Source of the DNA: Candidatus Poribacteria bacterium
Lineage (GTDB): Bacteria; Poribacteria; WGA-4E; PCPOR2b
Direction: 5' to 3'
Assembly: GCA_965198175.1 (NCBI GenBank)
Contig: OZ240245.1
Location: 4,384,001-4,448,000 of the forward strand
Length of the DNA stretch: 64,000 nt
Part shown: positions 40,245 through 50,147 of the stretch, piece by piece
Layout of the letters: every line of letters starts with the position of its first letter
How positions within the stretch are numbered: the first letter of the stretch is position 1
Made by a program: the position numbers and the translations under genes
Notes under the pieces: generated by a model
Told to the model about the DNA's origin: nothing
What the model saw: only the letters and a program-made list of their open reading frames with translations
Databases searched by the model: none

Positions 40245-40408
40245 GTAGGTTGGGTTAAGCGGGTTCATGATAAAACGCTACATTCAACGCATAAGTGCCG
40301 CGACTGAATTTCGATTCCAAATCACCTTGCCGTAGCGAACCCAACGCTTTTCTGTCGTCTGGAGGTTTCAAAAGCGTTGGGTTTCGCCTTTGGCTCAACC
40401 CAACCTAC
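40245..40408. repeat. GTAG-family REPIN
   Basis: GTAGGTTGGGTTAAGCG / GCTCAACCCAACCTAC with inner AACCCAACGCTTTT/AAAAGCGTTGGGTT hairpin. Confidence 0.85.
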
Positions 40409-40507
40409 AAGAGATGAAATTGATGCCGGGACGCTCCGTCATCCAACCTGCCACGCGATGATGATTGCCTGTAATCGGGCATCTCCGTCGCCCAAACAAC
40501 AGGAGCC

Positions 40508-40687
40508 ATGCCAATGCAGGCACAAAGCATAGAAGATGTTATGTCGAAATACAACATGGACTCGGACGATGTGTTAGCATTGCGAGCAATGTGGAATGGC
40601 CAGGTTCACATTGCTAGCGATGATGCCGTGTTGAGAGATATGGAGGATCCGTGGGAGAACACATTTCCGGATATCTCTCGTGATTAG
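40508..40687 (+). CDS. Small 59-aa ORF or 5' part of a decayed gene
   Basis: AGGAG RBS, MPMQAQSIEDVMSKYNMDSDDVLALRAMWNG...; frame resumes for 39 codons after the TAG. Confidence 0.4.
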   Translation: MPMQAQSIEDVMSKYNMDSDDVLALRAMWNGQVHIASDDAVLRDMEDPWENTFPDISRD

Positions 40688-40951
40688 CCGCTGCCCAAAG
40701 GGCCATCGGTAACATTTCAGTCGTTGGACGATTCCAAATACAATCGGGCATTGACATTGTTTATAATATTGTCAAATCAAGAATTGCGTACTGTTGTAGA
40801 AGTCTGAACTTACCCCCAGCCTTTGGACAACGCTGTATAAGACTTGAGGCATTAACCGTTGCCAATTTGATCAAGTTGAAACGCCGGAAAGAATTAGTAA
40901 TACGCTTCGTGTGGCGCGGGGTTTGTAGCCGTCGTTAAGTTTGTAGCAATG

Positions 40952-41068
40952 AAAAGCGTTGGGTTACTCTATACAGACAGACAGATTTTTTCAAAGTCAT
41001 CGTTGAGGAATTTGGACGAAGTGCGGCCGCCGTGACGTAGTTGGAATTAGGCGCTCAACCGAACCTAC
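40952..41068. repeat. Right half of REPIN
   Basis: AAAAGCGTTGGGTT ... GCGCTCAACCGAACCTAC. Confidence 0.7.
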
Positions 41069-41086
41069 AAAACCTTGGAATGCACC

Positions 41087-41836
41087 ATGAATCGTATTGC
41101 TGTCACCATGGCAAAATTGGCTGGCCTTTATAAGACTGTTTGTTCCCGGTTGGAAGATCGCAGAGCGCATTACTTCGATCCGCCAACTGTACTTGAGTAT
41201 TTTGACACTTATAATCAGGCTCTAACAACGCTCAAGGCAGAATTACCGGAACTCTTCAGTGACCGCCCGGATCGGTCTGTGCCGGAGTCTAGCGGAACCA
41301 CAGACTTTGATGGCCGCGGATACATTGAACGCCACCATCTAGAACAACTCACACAGGACATTGATTACATCTTAGAGGTACGAGCTCACTGTGAACTAGA
41401 GGGACCTTTTAGCTCACACGAGCGCGAGCGGCGAGTATTCATTAGTCACGGCTTGCCGCCCGATTGGCTGGAAGTTCAAGGATTTATCGAAAAAGACCTT
41501 GGAATTTCGACCCTTGAATTGGCACAAGAACCGAATCGTGGACGGACGGTACTTCAAAAGCTTGCCGAAGAGTCTAATCGTTGCATCTATGCTGTTGTCG
41601 TTATGACCGGGGATGACAAGATTGAAGATGGGGCACTACGAGCACGCGAGAATGTCATGCATGAAATTGGATACTTTCAGGGAAAGTTTGGTTTGGCAAA
41701 CGTGTGTTTATTACATGAAGAAGGCGTAAACATCCCCAGCAATATTCACGGATTAGTCTACATACCTTTCCCGAAAGGCATCGTGAGTGCGGCGTTTGGT
41801 GCCTTACGACGTGAACTTCGCACAGCCTTCCGATGA
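41087..41836 (+). CDS. TIR-domain protein (CAP12/Pycsar-type predicted nucleotide-binding TIR) with N-terminal helical domain
   Basis: RVFISHG, GRTVLQKL, AVVVMTGDD, RARENVMHEIGYFQG, PSNIHG..YI. Confidence 0.88.
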   Translation: MNRIAVTMAKLAGLYKTVCSRLEDRRAHYFDPPTVLEYFDTYNQALTTLKAELPELFSDRPDRSVPESSGTTDFDGRGYIERHHLEQLTQDIDYILEVRAHCELEGPFSSHERERRVFISHGLPPDWLEVQGFIEKDLGISTLELAQEPNRGRTVLQKLAEESNRCIYAVVVMTGDDKIEDGALRARENVMHEIGYFQGKFGLANVCLLHEEGVNIPSNIHGLVYIPFPKGIVSAAFGALRRELRTAFR

Positions 41837-42146
41837 AATCCATGAATTCGCAATAATCTTAAGTACCATTCCTAACGCAAATTTTCAATCGCCACCGATT
41901 TAACCAAAACGGGATTGAAAAATCAATCGAGAAAAAAACTAAAATGGCAACATGAAGATAGGCACAAGCTGATTTAGATACGCCCGACTCGCATAGCTCA
42001 GAGTTACATCAAACCCCGAGAATGCCCTGTCTTAATTGTTGCTCGCGATACAAAGGTCATTTGTACGGCATTGCTAGAGGAAAAATAACAAGGTTTCATC
42101 CAGGTTTAGTTTGTGGAGGCGTTTACCCGTTATTCAGGATTTAAGA

Positions 42147-42389
42147 TGTGTCAAAAACTAGGACGTTTAACCAAAGTACCCATCTGGGAGATTTGGGCCA
42201 ATAAAGCGAGTGATTTTACGCCCTGGTTGGCTATTGAGGGAAATATAGTCCTGGTCAGCTAGGCGATTCACATTGAACTCGAATCGTGGTTCAAGAGCAA
42301 AAAGTCGGCTCATTAAAGGCTGATATTCTATGCAAAGATGCCCGCACAGGTCATTGGGTGCTGATTGAAAATCAACTCGAGCCGACAGT
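42147..42389 (+). pseudogene. DUF4268-family / NucS-like nuclease 5' remnant truncated at a REPIN
   Basis: LGRL..V..EIW...ASDFTPWLA...E..VG...ADILC......VLIENQLE with frameshifts and a stop. Confidence 0.75.
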
Positions 42390-42393
42390 TTTT

Positions 42394-42585
42394 GTAGGTT
42401 GGGTAGAGCGATCAACTGAGCGAATAGCGAAGGCGATAGTCTTCACCGTCACCAAGACTATCGTGCTTCCTGTTCGGTCGGTCAATGGGCATCGCTACAA
42501 TCTAACCCATACCAAACGCATTCATCCATCAAAACTCATGCGTCAAAATTCACATGTTTCTTCATATCCGCTCTACCCAACCTAC
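42394..42585. repeat. GTAG-family REPIN containing an inverted pair of 30-bp micro-repeats
   Basis: perfect arms GTAGGTTGGGTAGAGCG / CGCTCTACCCAACCTAC. Confidence 0.88.
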
Positions 42586-42716
42586 AAAAACTGATCATCG
42601 TAATCAATGCAAGCAATCTTGTATGAGCTCATGACGAGTTTACTTCGACTCGGAAGATGAATAATTTGGATGTCTTCGTAAATGCCCCATGCCATGCCCT
42701 ACCCTCCGTATTTCAC

Positions 42717-43073
42717 TTAGTTGTGTATAGTACGGTCGCTTATGTGAGTAATGAGCAACTCGTTATTTTTCCGCATCTCATCTCGGATTTCTCTCATGTC
42801 GTCACGGATTTCTTCCCGCATTTCTTTCATGTCTTCTCGTAAAGCGCTATGTTGAGACACCATATCACTACGCAAATCGTCTATCCGCTTGCCGAGTAAG
42901 TTGCCATGATCATCTATTCGCTTGCCGAGCGAGCCGCCGAGATCGTCTATTCGCTTGCCGCAATCGTCAACCCGCTTCCCGAGTGAGTTGCTAATATAGT
43001 AGCCAATAGTGCCAATTCCACCGATGTAAGCAATAAGCAATACCGCTAGTTGCATGGTTACATTCCAATCCAT
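42717..43073 (-). CDS. Small TM-anchored coiled-coil protein with GKRIDD repeats
   Basis: AGGAGG RBS, N-terminal TM, 4x GKR(I/V)DD, heptad tail. Confidence 0.8.
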   Translation of the reverse strand: MDWNVTMQLAVLLIAYIGGIGTIGYYISNSLGKRVDDCGKRIDDLGGSLGKRIDDHGNLLGKRIDDLRSDMVSQHSALREDMKEMREEIRDDMREIRDEMRKNNELLITHISDRTIHN

Positions 43074-43159
43074 TAAAAATCCTCCTATTTTGTGTGATGA
43101 AACGCTAGGCTGCACATAATACCGTCCGATGAGTTCGTGACGGTATTTCATAAGTTATT

Positions 43160-43395
43160 GTAGGTTGGGTAGAATGGTTAATGCCAATTCCGTTCCTATG
43201 CCAGTAACTGTTCCGAACACCAAACGACGCACTTGGCACATTACATGAAGCGTAACCTAGCGTACAAAACTATGCGCTCGCTTGATTGTTGGATATTGGC
43301 GAAAGCTGGCGAAGACTGTAGGAAAACTATCGCACTCACTATCCGTTCGCTTGAACGCCCCCTGTTCGGTCGGTTGATCGCTCTACCCAACCTAC
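43160..43395. repeat. GTAG-family REPIN
   Basis: GTAGGTTGGGTAGAATG / CGCTCTACCCAACCTAC arms. Confidence 0.85.
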
Positions 43396-43441
43396 AAGAA
43401 CTACCGCATTCGTGTGACGGTACAATGCACACTCAAAAAAA

Positions 43442-46400
43442 CTAGCCAAGCACGAACGAATCACCCTTCCTCGTTAATTCTCCCTGTGCAATCAGCCCGT
43501 CTAGGACCGATTCAACCCCTCGCCGCATCTCCGCACTGACGGATTTAAAACCAAACAACCTGCAAACCTCGCGTGCTATATCCTCCCTCCCAATCCCAAA
43601 AGCGTCAGATACAACTTGCTTGATTGCCGCCTCTATTTCTTCGGGCGCGATTAGCTCCAACTTTCGTGAAGCGTTTGGGAGTTCACTCCGGTCCCGCACG
43701 ATGACCTGCCCCTGCTCCTTCAAGTAGAAAAAATCCCCTATGATCTCTATACTTCCGGAACGCGCCGCCTGTTTGGCAGCGGCTTTAACTGAGTTTTGGA
43801 TGCGGTTGCCAACACGACCTACACCTACCGCGTTTGCAATGCGCCTCGCCAGCGTGTACCGAATAACCGTTTTCCAATCCCCTGTATTTTTTCGAAATGC
43901 GGTTGTTCACGCTGTGCTTTGCGAATCGCGTCAACGATACGGAGTTGAGTGTCCAGAGATTTTGAGAGTTGCTGTGTACATAGCTCTGTCAGTTCATTGC
44001 GGGCACGCCGATATTTGCCCGAAAGAGCGCGCCACCACTTGGGGCCGTAAACTGATAGCGACTTACGAACTTCAAGGACATTATGTGTCCATGCTTCGGT
44101 AATAAGGACCTCATCAAATGTTTTGTGAAGCTGATGCAATTGTTCCCCGGCGCGTAAGCCTGTCTCCAAATCCCGGCTTTGAGTCAGCCATTCGGTTGCC
44201 TTCACCTCAATGCCTTCCATTTTAGGGGCGTCTGACAGATAACGCGCCGCACGAATCATATTTTCAACAGCTTCAAGAGAATCCGGGGACTCGAGTTTGA
44301 GATGTTGTGCCAGTTGCGTAGACGAACACTTTAATCCCTCTAGCACTTGGCGAATTTTAAGGACGGTTTTAAACCATGTTTCATCAATTAGGCCACCGTC
44401 GTATTTGTGCAAAAGGTTTTCATATTCTTTATAAAGCTCGCTTAACTCTTCCCCGGCGCGTAAGCCTGTCTCCAAATCCCGGCTTTGCGTCAGCCATTCG
44501 GTTGCCTTCACCTCAATGCCTTCCATTTTAGGGGCGTCTAACAGATAACGCGCCGCACGAATCATATTTTCAACAGCTTCAAGAGAATCCGGGGACTCGA
44601 GTTTGAGATGTTGTGCCAGTTGCGTAGACGAACACTTTAATCCCTCTAGCACTTGGCGAATTTCAAGGACGGTTTTAAACCACGTTTCATCAATTAGGTC
44701 ACCATCGTATTTGTTCAAGAGATTCTCATATTCTTTGTAAAGCTGGCTTAACTGTTCTCCGCTGCGTAAGCCCACGTCCAAATGGTCAGTGTGGCTTCTC
44801 CATTTAGTTGACAGCACGGCGACACCCTCCAAGCTCGGCGCGTCTAACGCACGACGTGCCGCGCAAATGACATTCTCGACAGCCTCACGGGTGCCCGGAA
44901 CACGGAGTTTGAGATGTTGTGCCAGTTGTTCAGACGAATCCTTGAGCGCTATGACCGCTTCTCTCGCTTCCGCTGCCATATGTTCCACTTGCACTTTGTC
45001 ATTTGGAAGAAAGATGTTGCACCGGCTGCCCCAGAACGGGTGCTTTATGGGTATGCCCATCTGCTTGAGAAGGATTTGCAATTCCTCTGTGCGATCCAAA
45101 CCTTCTCCAAATTCGGCTGCAGAGTGTTGGAATTGAACCAAATCTAAGGTCGGAGGTTCTACACCCGAAAGGCGACGCTCTACCCCTAAAAGTTCTCCAT
45201 ACACCTGATACGGTGTGATACCACTTTCGCCAATTGGGGTGTTGACCGCCTCACAGTAACGGTTTAAGCGGTCGCGGTTAGCAAGCAGTCGTTCCAATTC
45301 TTGTTCAAAGGCTGTCATCTGCGGCTGGCTGAGGTCAAGCGTCCGCTTCAAGTCATCAACCACCGCTTTTTTGTTCATCTTATGGCTGTGTAGTTCCAAA
45401 CACGCATCTCCGAGCCCTACCTTATCTAAATTGCGCTTAACCACTTCCAACGCCGCCATCTTTTCGGCGACAAACAGCACCCGTTTTCCCTTTGCGATGG
45501 CTTCCGCAATCAGGTTGGTAATGGTTTGGGATTTTCCGGTGCCCGGCGGACCTTGAATAACAAGATTTCGACCTTGGCTTACATCGTGGATAGCCAATGC
45601 CTGCGAACTATCTGCATCAACGACATTATGCGTCTCGGCGGGATTGATATGTTCGTCAATGGGGGAATCATCAGGAATGGGCGACCTCGGTTTTTCAAAA
45701 CCCGTTGCGAGCACAGATTACAAAACCGAATGCTCAGATAGCGCATCATTGGACCAATTTGTGATGTCTAAGTCATGATACATCAGAAACTTCGCAAACG
45801 AAAAGAAGCCGATCGCAACCGCAGATGCATCAACCGTCCACCGGGGGATATGCCGAATTACAGAATCCACTTCTTCACAATAGTTCTGAACGTTGAGTTG
45901 CTCCGGGGCATCCGCGTCGGGGAGGTCCGGGAATTGGATGCCTAACTCAGACTTGAATTTCGCCTGAAGGGAGAGATTTGTCCCAATTTCCTCCCCTGTG
46001 TAGCGAATGCGGAAACGGGCGCGGACACTAGCACGACTGAGCTCCACCGGAATCAGAACTAGTGGAGCGCGACGCAGTATATCACTCGATTCGGATTCAT
46101 ACCATTCGAGCATGCCGAGCGCGAGATAGAGTGTATTCACGCCCTGTTTTTCGATAGCTGTTCGCGCGGTATAGTGCGTGTTCAGCAGACGCCTTTGGAG
46201 TTCTTTTGATGGATAGGCTGTCTGTAGCTTGTTATCTGTGAGGCGATTGAGGTCATTCTCCGCTTGATCGTCACCGAACAGCAGTAAGTGGTCATCTGCT
46301 TCATCCTTCGGCAGGAAATACATGTCCCGACCGTCTTGGACGAGGATTCGATAGACATTTGTGGGGGATTCATCAACCACCTCAACCCCTCGTGCCTTGA

Positions 46401-46497
46401 GCGGTTTGTAGTTGATGAGCGGGTTACGTAAGCTCAGATCAAGCAGTTCTTTTCGTGCTTCGTTCAACTTTGTTTGTACGGGATTCATTACATTCAC
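43442..46497 (-). pseudogene. DUF4011 - SF1 helicase - DUF3320 (Hhe-like) gene, with nonsense codon and large internal deletion
   Basis: LLDLSLRNPLIN, GVNTLYLALG, APLVLIPV, FSFAKFLMY.DL; in-frame TAA 45718; ADSSQ, QGPPGTGKSQTITN; jumps to C-terminal RDRS..I.PEEI...FG. Confidence 0.85.
44143..45060 (-). repeat. 306-bp (102-aa) intragenic tandem repeat, about 3 units
   Basis: matching segments start at 44143, 44449 and 44755; the first two are nearly identical. Confidence 0.85.
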
Positions 46498-46633
46498 TAA
46501 CTATACGTTATTTCATAATGACCAATAGCTCAACAAAAGAGAAAAAACAAGCTCTTGATGAAGTTGCATTCGATCTTGATGTCCAACTGCAAGTAGAAAC
46601 CGTCGCAAAAAATTTAACTGATTGAATCCTGCC

Positions 46634-47509
46634 CTACCGATTCTGTAAAGCCTGCACCAGGGCCTCTGCAATCGTTGCGGGACTTTCAGCCACAGCGATG
46701 CCAGCCGCCTTCAGAGCGCTAATCTTCTCTCCCGCTGTACCGTGTCCGCCAGCGATAATCGCTCCGGCGTGTCCCATCCGTTTGCCTGGTGGTGCTGTCT
46801 GTCCCGCGATAAAACCGACGACCGGCTTGCTCATGTTATGTTTCACGAATTCAGCCGCAGTTTCCTCTGCGGTTCCGCCAATCTCGCCTATCATGACCAC
46901 CGCTTCTGTATCCGAGTCCTCTTCAAACATCGCAAGGACATCAACGAAACTCATCCCAATGACCGGATCGCCGCCAATGCCGACGCAGGTGGATTGTCCA
47001 AGACCGAGCTTGGTAAGTTGATACGCTGCCTCGTACGTCAACGTTCCACTGCGGGAAACAATACCAATCCTTCCGGGTTCAAAAACAGAACCGGGCAGCA
47101 CTCCAATTTTGCATTCGCCGGGTGTGATAACGCCCGGACAGTTCGGACCAATCAGTCGCGTCGGCTTCCCCTCCAAAAAGCGTATGACTCTCACCATATC
47201 AAGGACGGACACACCTTCAGTAATACACACAACTAGACTTATCCCGGCGTCGGCGGCTTCCATGATGGCATCTGGGGCGAATGGCGCCGGCGCATAAATC
47301 ATGGACGCATCCGCACCCATCGTCCTCACCGCTTCGGCAACAGTATTGTAGACTGGAATGCCATCAACATCGCCTCCACCTTTGCCCGGACTTGTACCGG
47401 CGACAATCTTTGTGCCGTAAGCGATGCACTGCCCCGCGTTGAACCTTCCTGAACGACCGGTGATGCCTTGGACAACCACCCTTGTCTCCTTATTCACAAG
47501 AATGCTCAC
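46634..47509 (-). CDS. sucD: Succinyl-CoA synthetase alpha subunit
   Basis: [37 protein letters not shown]. Confidence 0.97.
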   Translation of the reverse strand: MSILVNKETRVVVQGITGRSGRFNAGQCIAYGTKIVAGTSPGKGGGDVDGIPVYNTVAEAVRTMGADASMIYAPAPFAPDAIMEAADAGISLVVCITEGVSVLDMVRVIRFLEGKPTRLIGPNCPGVITPGECKIGVLPGSVFEPGRIGIVSRSGTLTYEAAYQLTKLGLGQSTCVGIGGDPVIGMSFVDVLAMFEEDSDTEAVVMIGEIGGTAEETAAEFVKHNMSKPVVGFIAGQTAPPGKRMGHAGAIIAGGHGTAGEKISALKAAGIAVAESPATIAEALVQALQNR

Positions 47510-47625
47510 TGAATCTGACTCCTTTCGACTCACATATATTGCGCGTTATAACGTATTGCTGCAAGCATAATCTCTTTTCACTCATGCCACTTTTTCCTTT
47601 CTCCTTCTATAGGTTCTCCATCTGT

Positions 47626-49059
47626 TCAATATGCCCGAGCGAAGATAATAACCTCCTCAGCCGGATTGCCGCATACAACGCATTTTCCGTTTTCGTCCGG
47701 CTGATCAAAGGGAATGCAGCGCGTGGTGGCTTTCGTATCTGCCTTGACTTTGTCTTCGCACGCAATATCGCCGCACCACGGTGCGCGGGCAAACCCTTGA
47801 TCTACTGCTTCTTGAAGCGAATCGTAATCGGTCGGCTCAAAAGTGTTGGCATCTCGAAATTCGGTGTTGCGACGAAGCAAATCTTTCTGAATGGCATCTA
47901 GCAAATCGGTAACTGCATCGGCAAGACCTGCCAGCGGTGCAGTTGTCTTGCCTTCGCGTCCAGGTTGGTCTCGTCGAGCCAACACGACCTGCGCCTTCTG
48001 AATATCTCTGGGACCAATCTCAATTCGCAATGGCACACCTTTTAATTCCCACTCGTTAAACTTCCACCCGGGAGAATATTCGTCGCGATCGTCGATCTTT
48101 AACCGCACGCGATCACCAATAGCGGTTTTGACCTGTTCAATAGTCCCCATCACCTCGCCCTTTTCTGCGTCTGTTTTCCAGATCGGCACAACCACGACCT
48201 GGATGGGAGCCAGACGCGGTGGTAAAATGAGCCCCTGATCGTCGCCGTGAGCCATGATGATTGCACCCACCATTCGTGTACTCACGCCCCAGCTAGTTGT
48301 CCAGCAGTATTGCTGTACCCCATTTTCATCTTGATACTGAATTTCAAAAGCCTTGGCGAAATTCTGTCCGAAGAAATGGGAGGTGCCAGACTGCAGCGCC
48401 CGCTTATCCCCCATCATGGCTTCAATGCTGTAGGAAGCCTCCGCGCCGGGGAACTTCTCGCTTTCGCTCTTGCGACCGGGAATCACCGGTATAGCGGCGT
48501 CGTTGGCGGCAAAGTCAGTATACAAATCCAGCATGCGTAGGGTCTCTTCCTGTGCTTCCTCGGCAGTCGCATGGGCGGTGTGACCCTCCTGCCAGAAAAA
48601 CTCCATTGTGCGTAGAAAGAGGCGTGTGCGTAGCTCCCACCGCACGACGTTCGCCCACTGGTTGATGAGAACCGGCAAATCTCGATATGACTGAATCCAC
48701 TGACTGTACATGTGCCCAATGATTGTCTCAGAAGTTGGACGCACTGCTAGCGGCTCTTCCAACTCTTTTCCTCCGCCATGCGTAACAACGGCTAACTCCG
48801 GTTTGAAGCCTTCGACATGTTCTGCCTCCTTTTCGATGAAACTCATCGGGATAAGAAGCGGGAAGCAGGCATTCTCATGTCCCGTTTCCTTGAAGCGGCG
48901 ATCGAGTCCTTCTTTCACATTCTCCCAAAGCGCGAAGCCGTATGGACGGATGACCATGCAACCTCGCACAGGCGCGTAATCCGCCAGTTGCGCTTGTCGA
49001 ATTACATCGGTATACCATTCTGAATAGTCTTGGCTGCGGGGCGTTATCTTCTCTCTCAT
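47626..49059 (-). CDS. proS: Prolyl-tRNA synthetase (archaeal/eukaryote-like type)
   Basis: RPTSET, QWANVVRWE, EFFWQEGHT, SWGVSTR, C-terminal FARAY. Confidence 0.97.
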   Translation of the reverse strand: MREKITPRSQDYSEWYTDVIRQAQLADYAPVRGCMVIRPYGFALWENVKEGLDRRFKETGHENACFPLLIPMSFIEKEAEHVEGFKPELAVVTHGGGKELEEPLAVRPTSETIIGHMYSQWIQSYRDLPVLINQWANVVRWELRTRLFLRTMEFFWQEGHTAHATAEEAQEETLRMLDLYTDFAANDAAIPVIPGRKSESEKFPGAEASYSIEAMMGDKRALQSGTSHFFGQNFAKAFEIQYQDENGVQQYCWTTSWGVSTRMVGAIIMAHGDDQGLILPPRLAPIQVVVVPIWKTDAEKGEVMGTIEQVKTAIGDRVRLKIDDRDEYSPGWKFNEWELKGVPLRIEIGPRDIQKAQVVLARRDQPGREGKTTAPLAGLADAVTDLLDAIQKDLLRRNTEFRDANTFEPTDYDSLQEAVDQGFARAPWCGDIACEDKVKADTKATTRCIPFDQPDENGKCVVCGNPAEEVIIFARAY

Positions 49060-49113
49060 AATATGATTCTCCTAGTTTTTAGGGTATCGGGTGATTCGGC
49101 AAAGATTGTTGTC

Positions 49114-49944
49114 CTACAGGTTTTCTGCCACCCATTTTTTTACTCTTGTCAATTTTTCTTCATCTATATTGAATTCATGCGCTTCAGTTGGAAAGAGTCC
49201 CTCCTCGACCTCTTTCTTGTATCGACATATCGCCTGAAATGTCAAATCCTGGTAGTTTTGATATGCCTTGGCATAGGTTAAGGCAAGTGCCCCAATTCCC
49301 AATATGTCATGGATAACGAGCACTTGGCCATCGCAGAATCCACCTGAACCAATTCCAATCGTGGGAATCTTTAATTTCTCAGTTATTATCTTGCCAATTT
49401 CCTTTGTAACCATTTCAAGAACCATCAGCTTCGCACCGGCGTTTTCCAGGGTCAGTGCACTTTGAATCAATGCCTTGCCTTTTGAAAACGTCTTTCCACG
49501 CACCCACCTGCGGGAGCCGTGGATTTGAGGATTGTGACCGATATGGGCGCAAACATCTATGCTGTTCTCTGCTAATATCCTGACGACTGCTTCCTTTTCC
49601 CACCCTTCCAACTTGACGCCGTCGGCTCCATACGAAAGCAAGGTCGTTGCGTTCTCCAAAGCCTGTTCGGGGGTATCATAGGTTCTGTACGGCATGTCAA
49701 CAAGGAGGTAGGCAGTGGTTACGCCTCGACGGACAGCCTTCAGATGATGAAGCATATCTGCCATCGTAACTTCAGTGTCGCTTTCATAACCCAAGACGTT
49801 CATTCCCACACTATCGCCGACGAAGACTATGTCAATACCAGCTTTGTCTTCCATGAGCGCCGTTGGATAGTCGTAGCAAGTTAACATCGTGAGTTTGCGA
49901 TTCGCCCTCTTCTTTGAAAGCAAGAAATTGATGTCTTTCTTCAC
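49114..49944 (-). CDS. panB: 3-methyl-2-oxobutanoate hydroxymethyltransferase
   Basis: MLTCYD, VGDS, DMP, KLEG, GIGSG..CDGQVLV..D; GTG start inferred. Confidence 0.92.
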   Translation of the reverse strand: MKKDINFLLSKKRANRKLTMLTCYDYPTALMEDKAGIDIVFVGDSVGMNVLGYESDTEVTMADMLHHLKAVRRGVTTAYLLVDMPYRTYDTPEQALENATTLLSYGADGVKLEGWEKEAVVRILAENSIDVCAHIGHNPQIHGSRRWVRGKTFSKGKALIQSALTLENAGAKLMVLEMVTKEIGKIITEKLKIPTIGIGSGGFCDGQVLVIHDILGIGALALTYAKAYQNYQDLTFQAICRYKKEVEEGLFPTEAHEFNIDEEKLTRVKKWVAENL

Positions 49945-50048
49945 GATCAAGCGACTGGATAAGGAGCGCGATAGGCTTCTCTTCAGTTGATTGTTAGGTT
50001 TCACTTTGTTCAACCTGACCTACTTTTTTCGATTCGGTTAAAACTACC

Positions 50049-50147
50049 GATCAAGTGACCGAATAGGGAACGCGATAGATTTAGAAAACTATCGCACTCG
50101 TTATTCACTCGGTTGATCTATCGTCTTCGCTATCCGCTCAGTTGATC
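50049..50147. repeat. Cluster of three 30-bp micro-repeats overlapping the pgk stop codon
   Basis: 50049-50078 inverted relative to tandem 50089-50118 and 50118-50147. Confidence 0.8.

Noticed and set aside
42286..42594. 102-aa ORF as an intact gene
   Set aside because: It is a chimera of a DUF4268 pseudogene fragment and REPIN sequence read-through.
36892..43395. CRISPR array or classical integron
   Set aside because: Repeats are inverted pairs with irregular spacing of hundreds of bases. No cas or intI gene is present and I could not identify attC RYYYAAC/GTTRRRY boxes.
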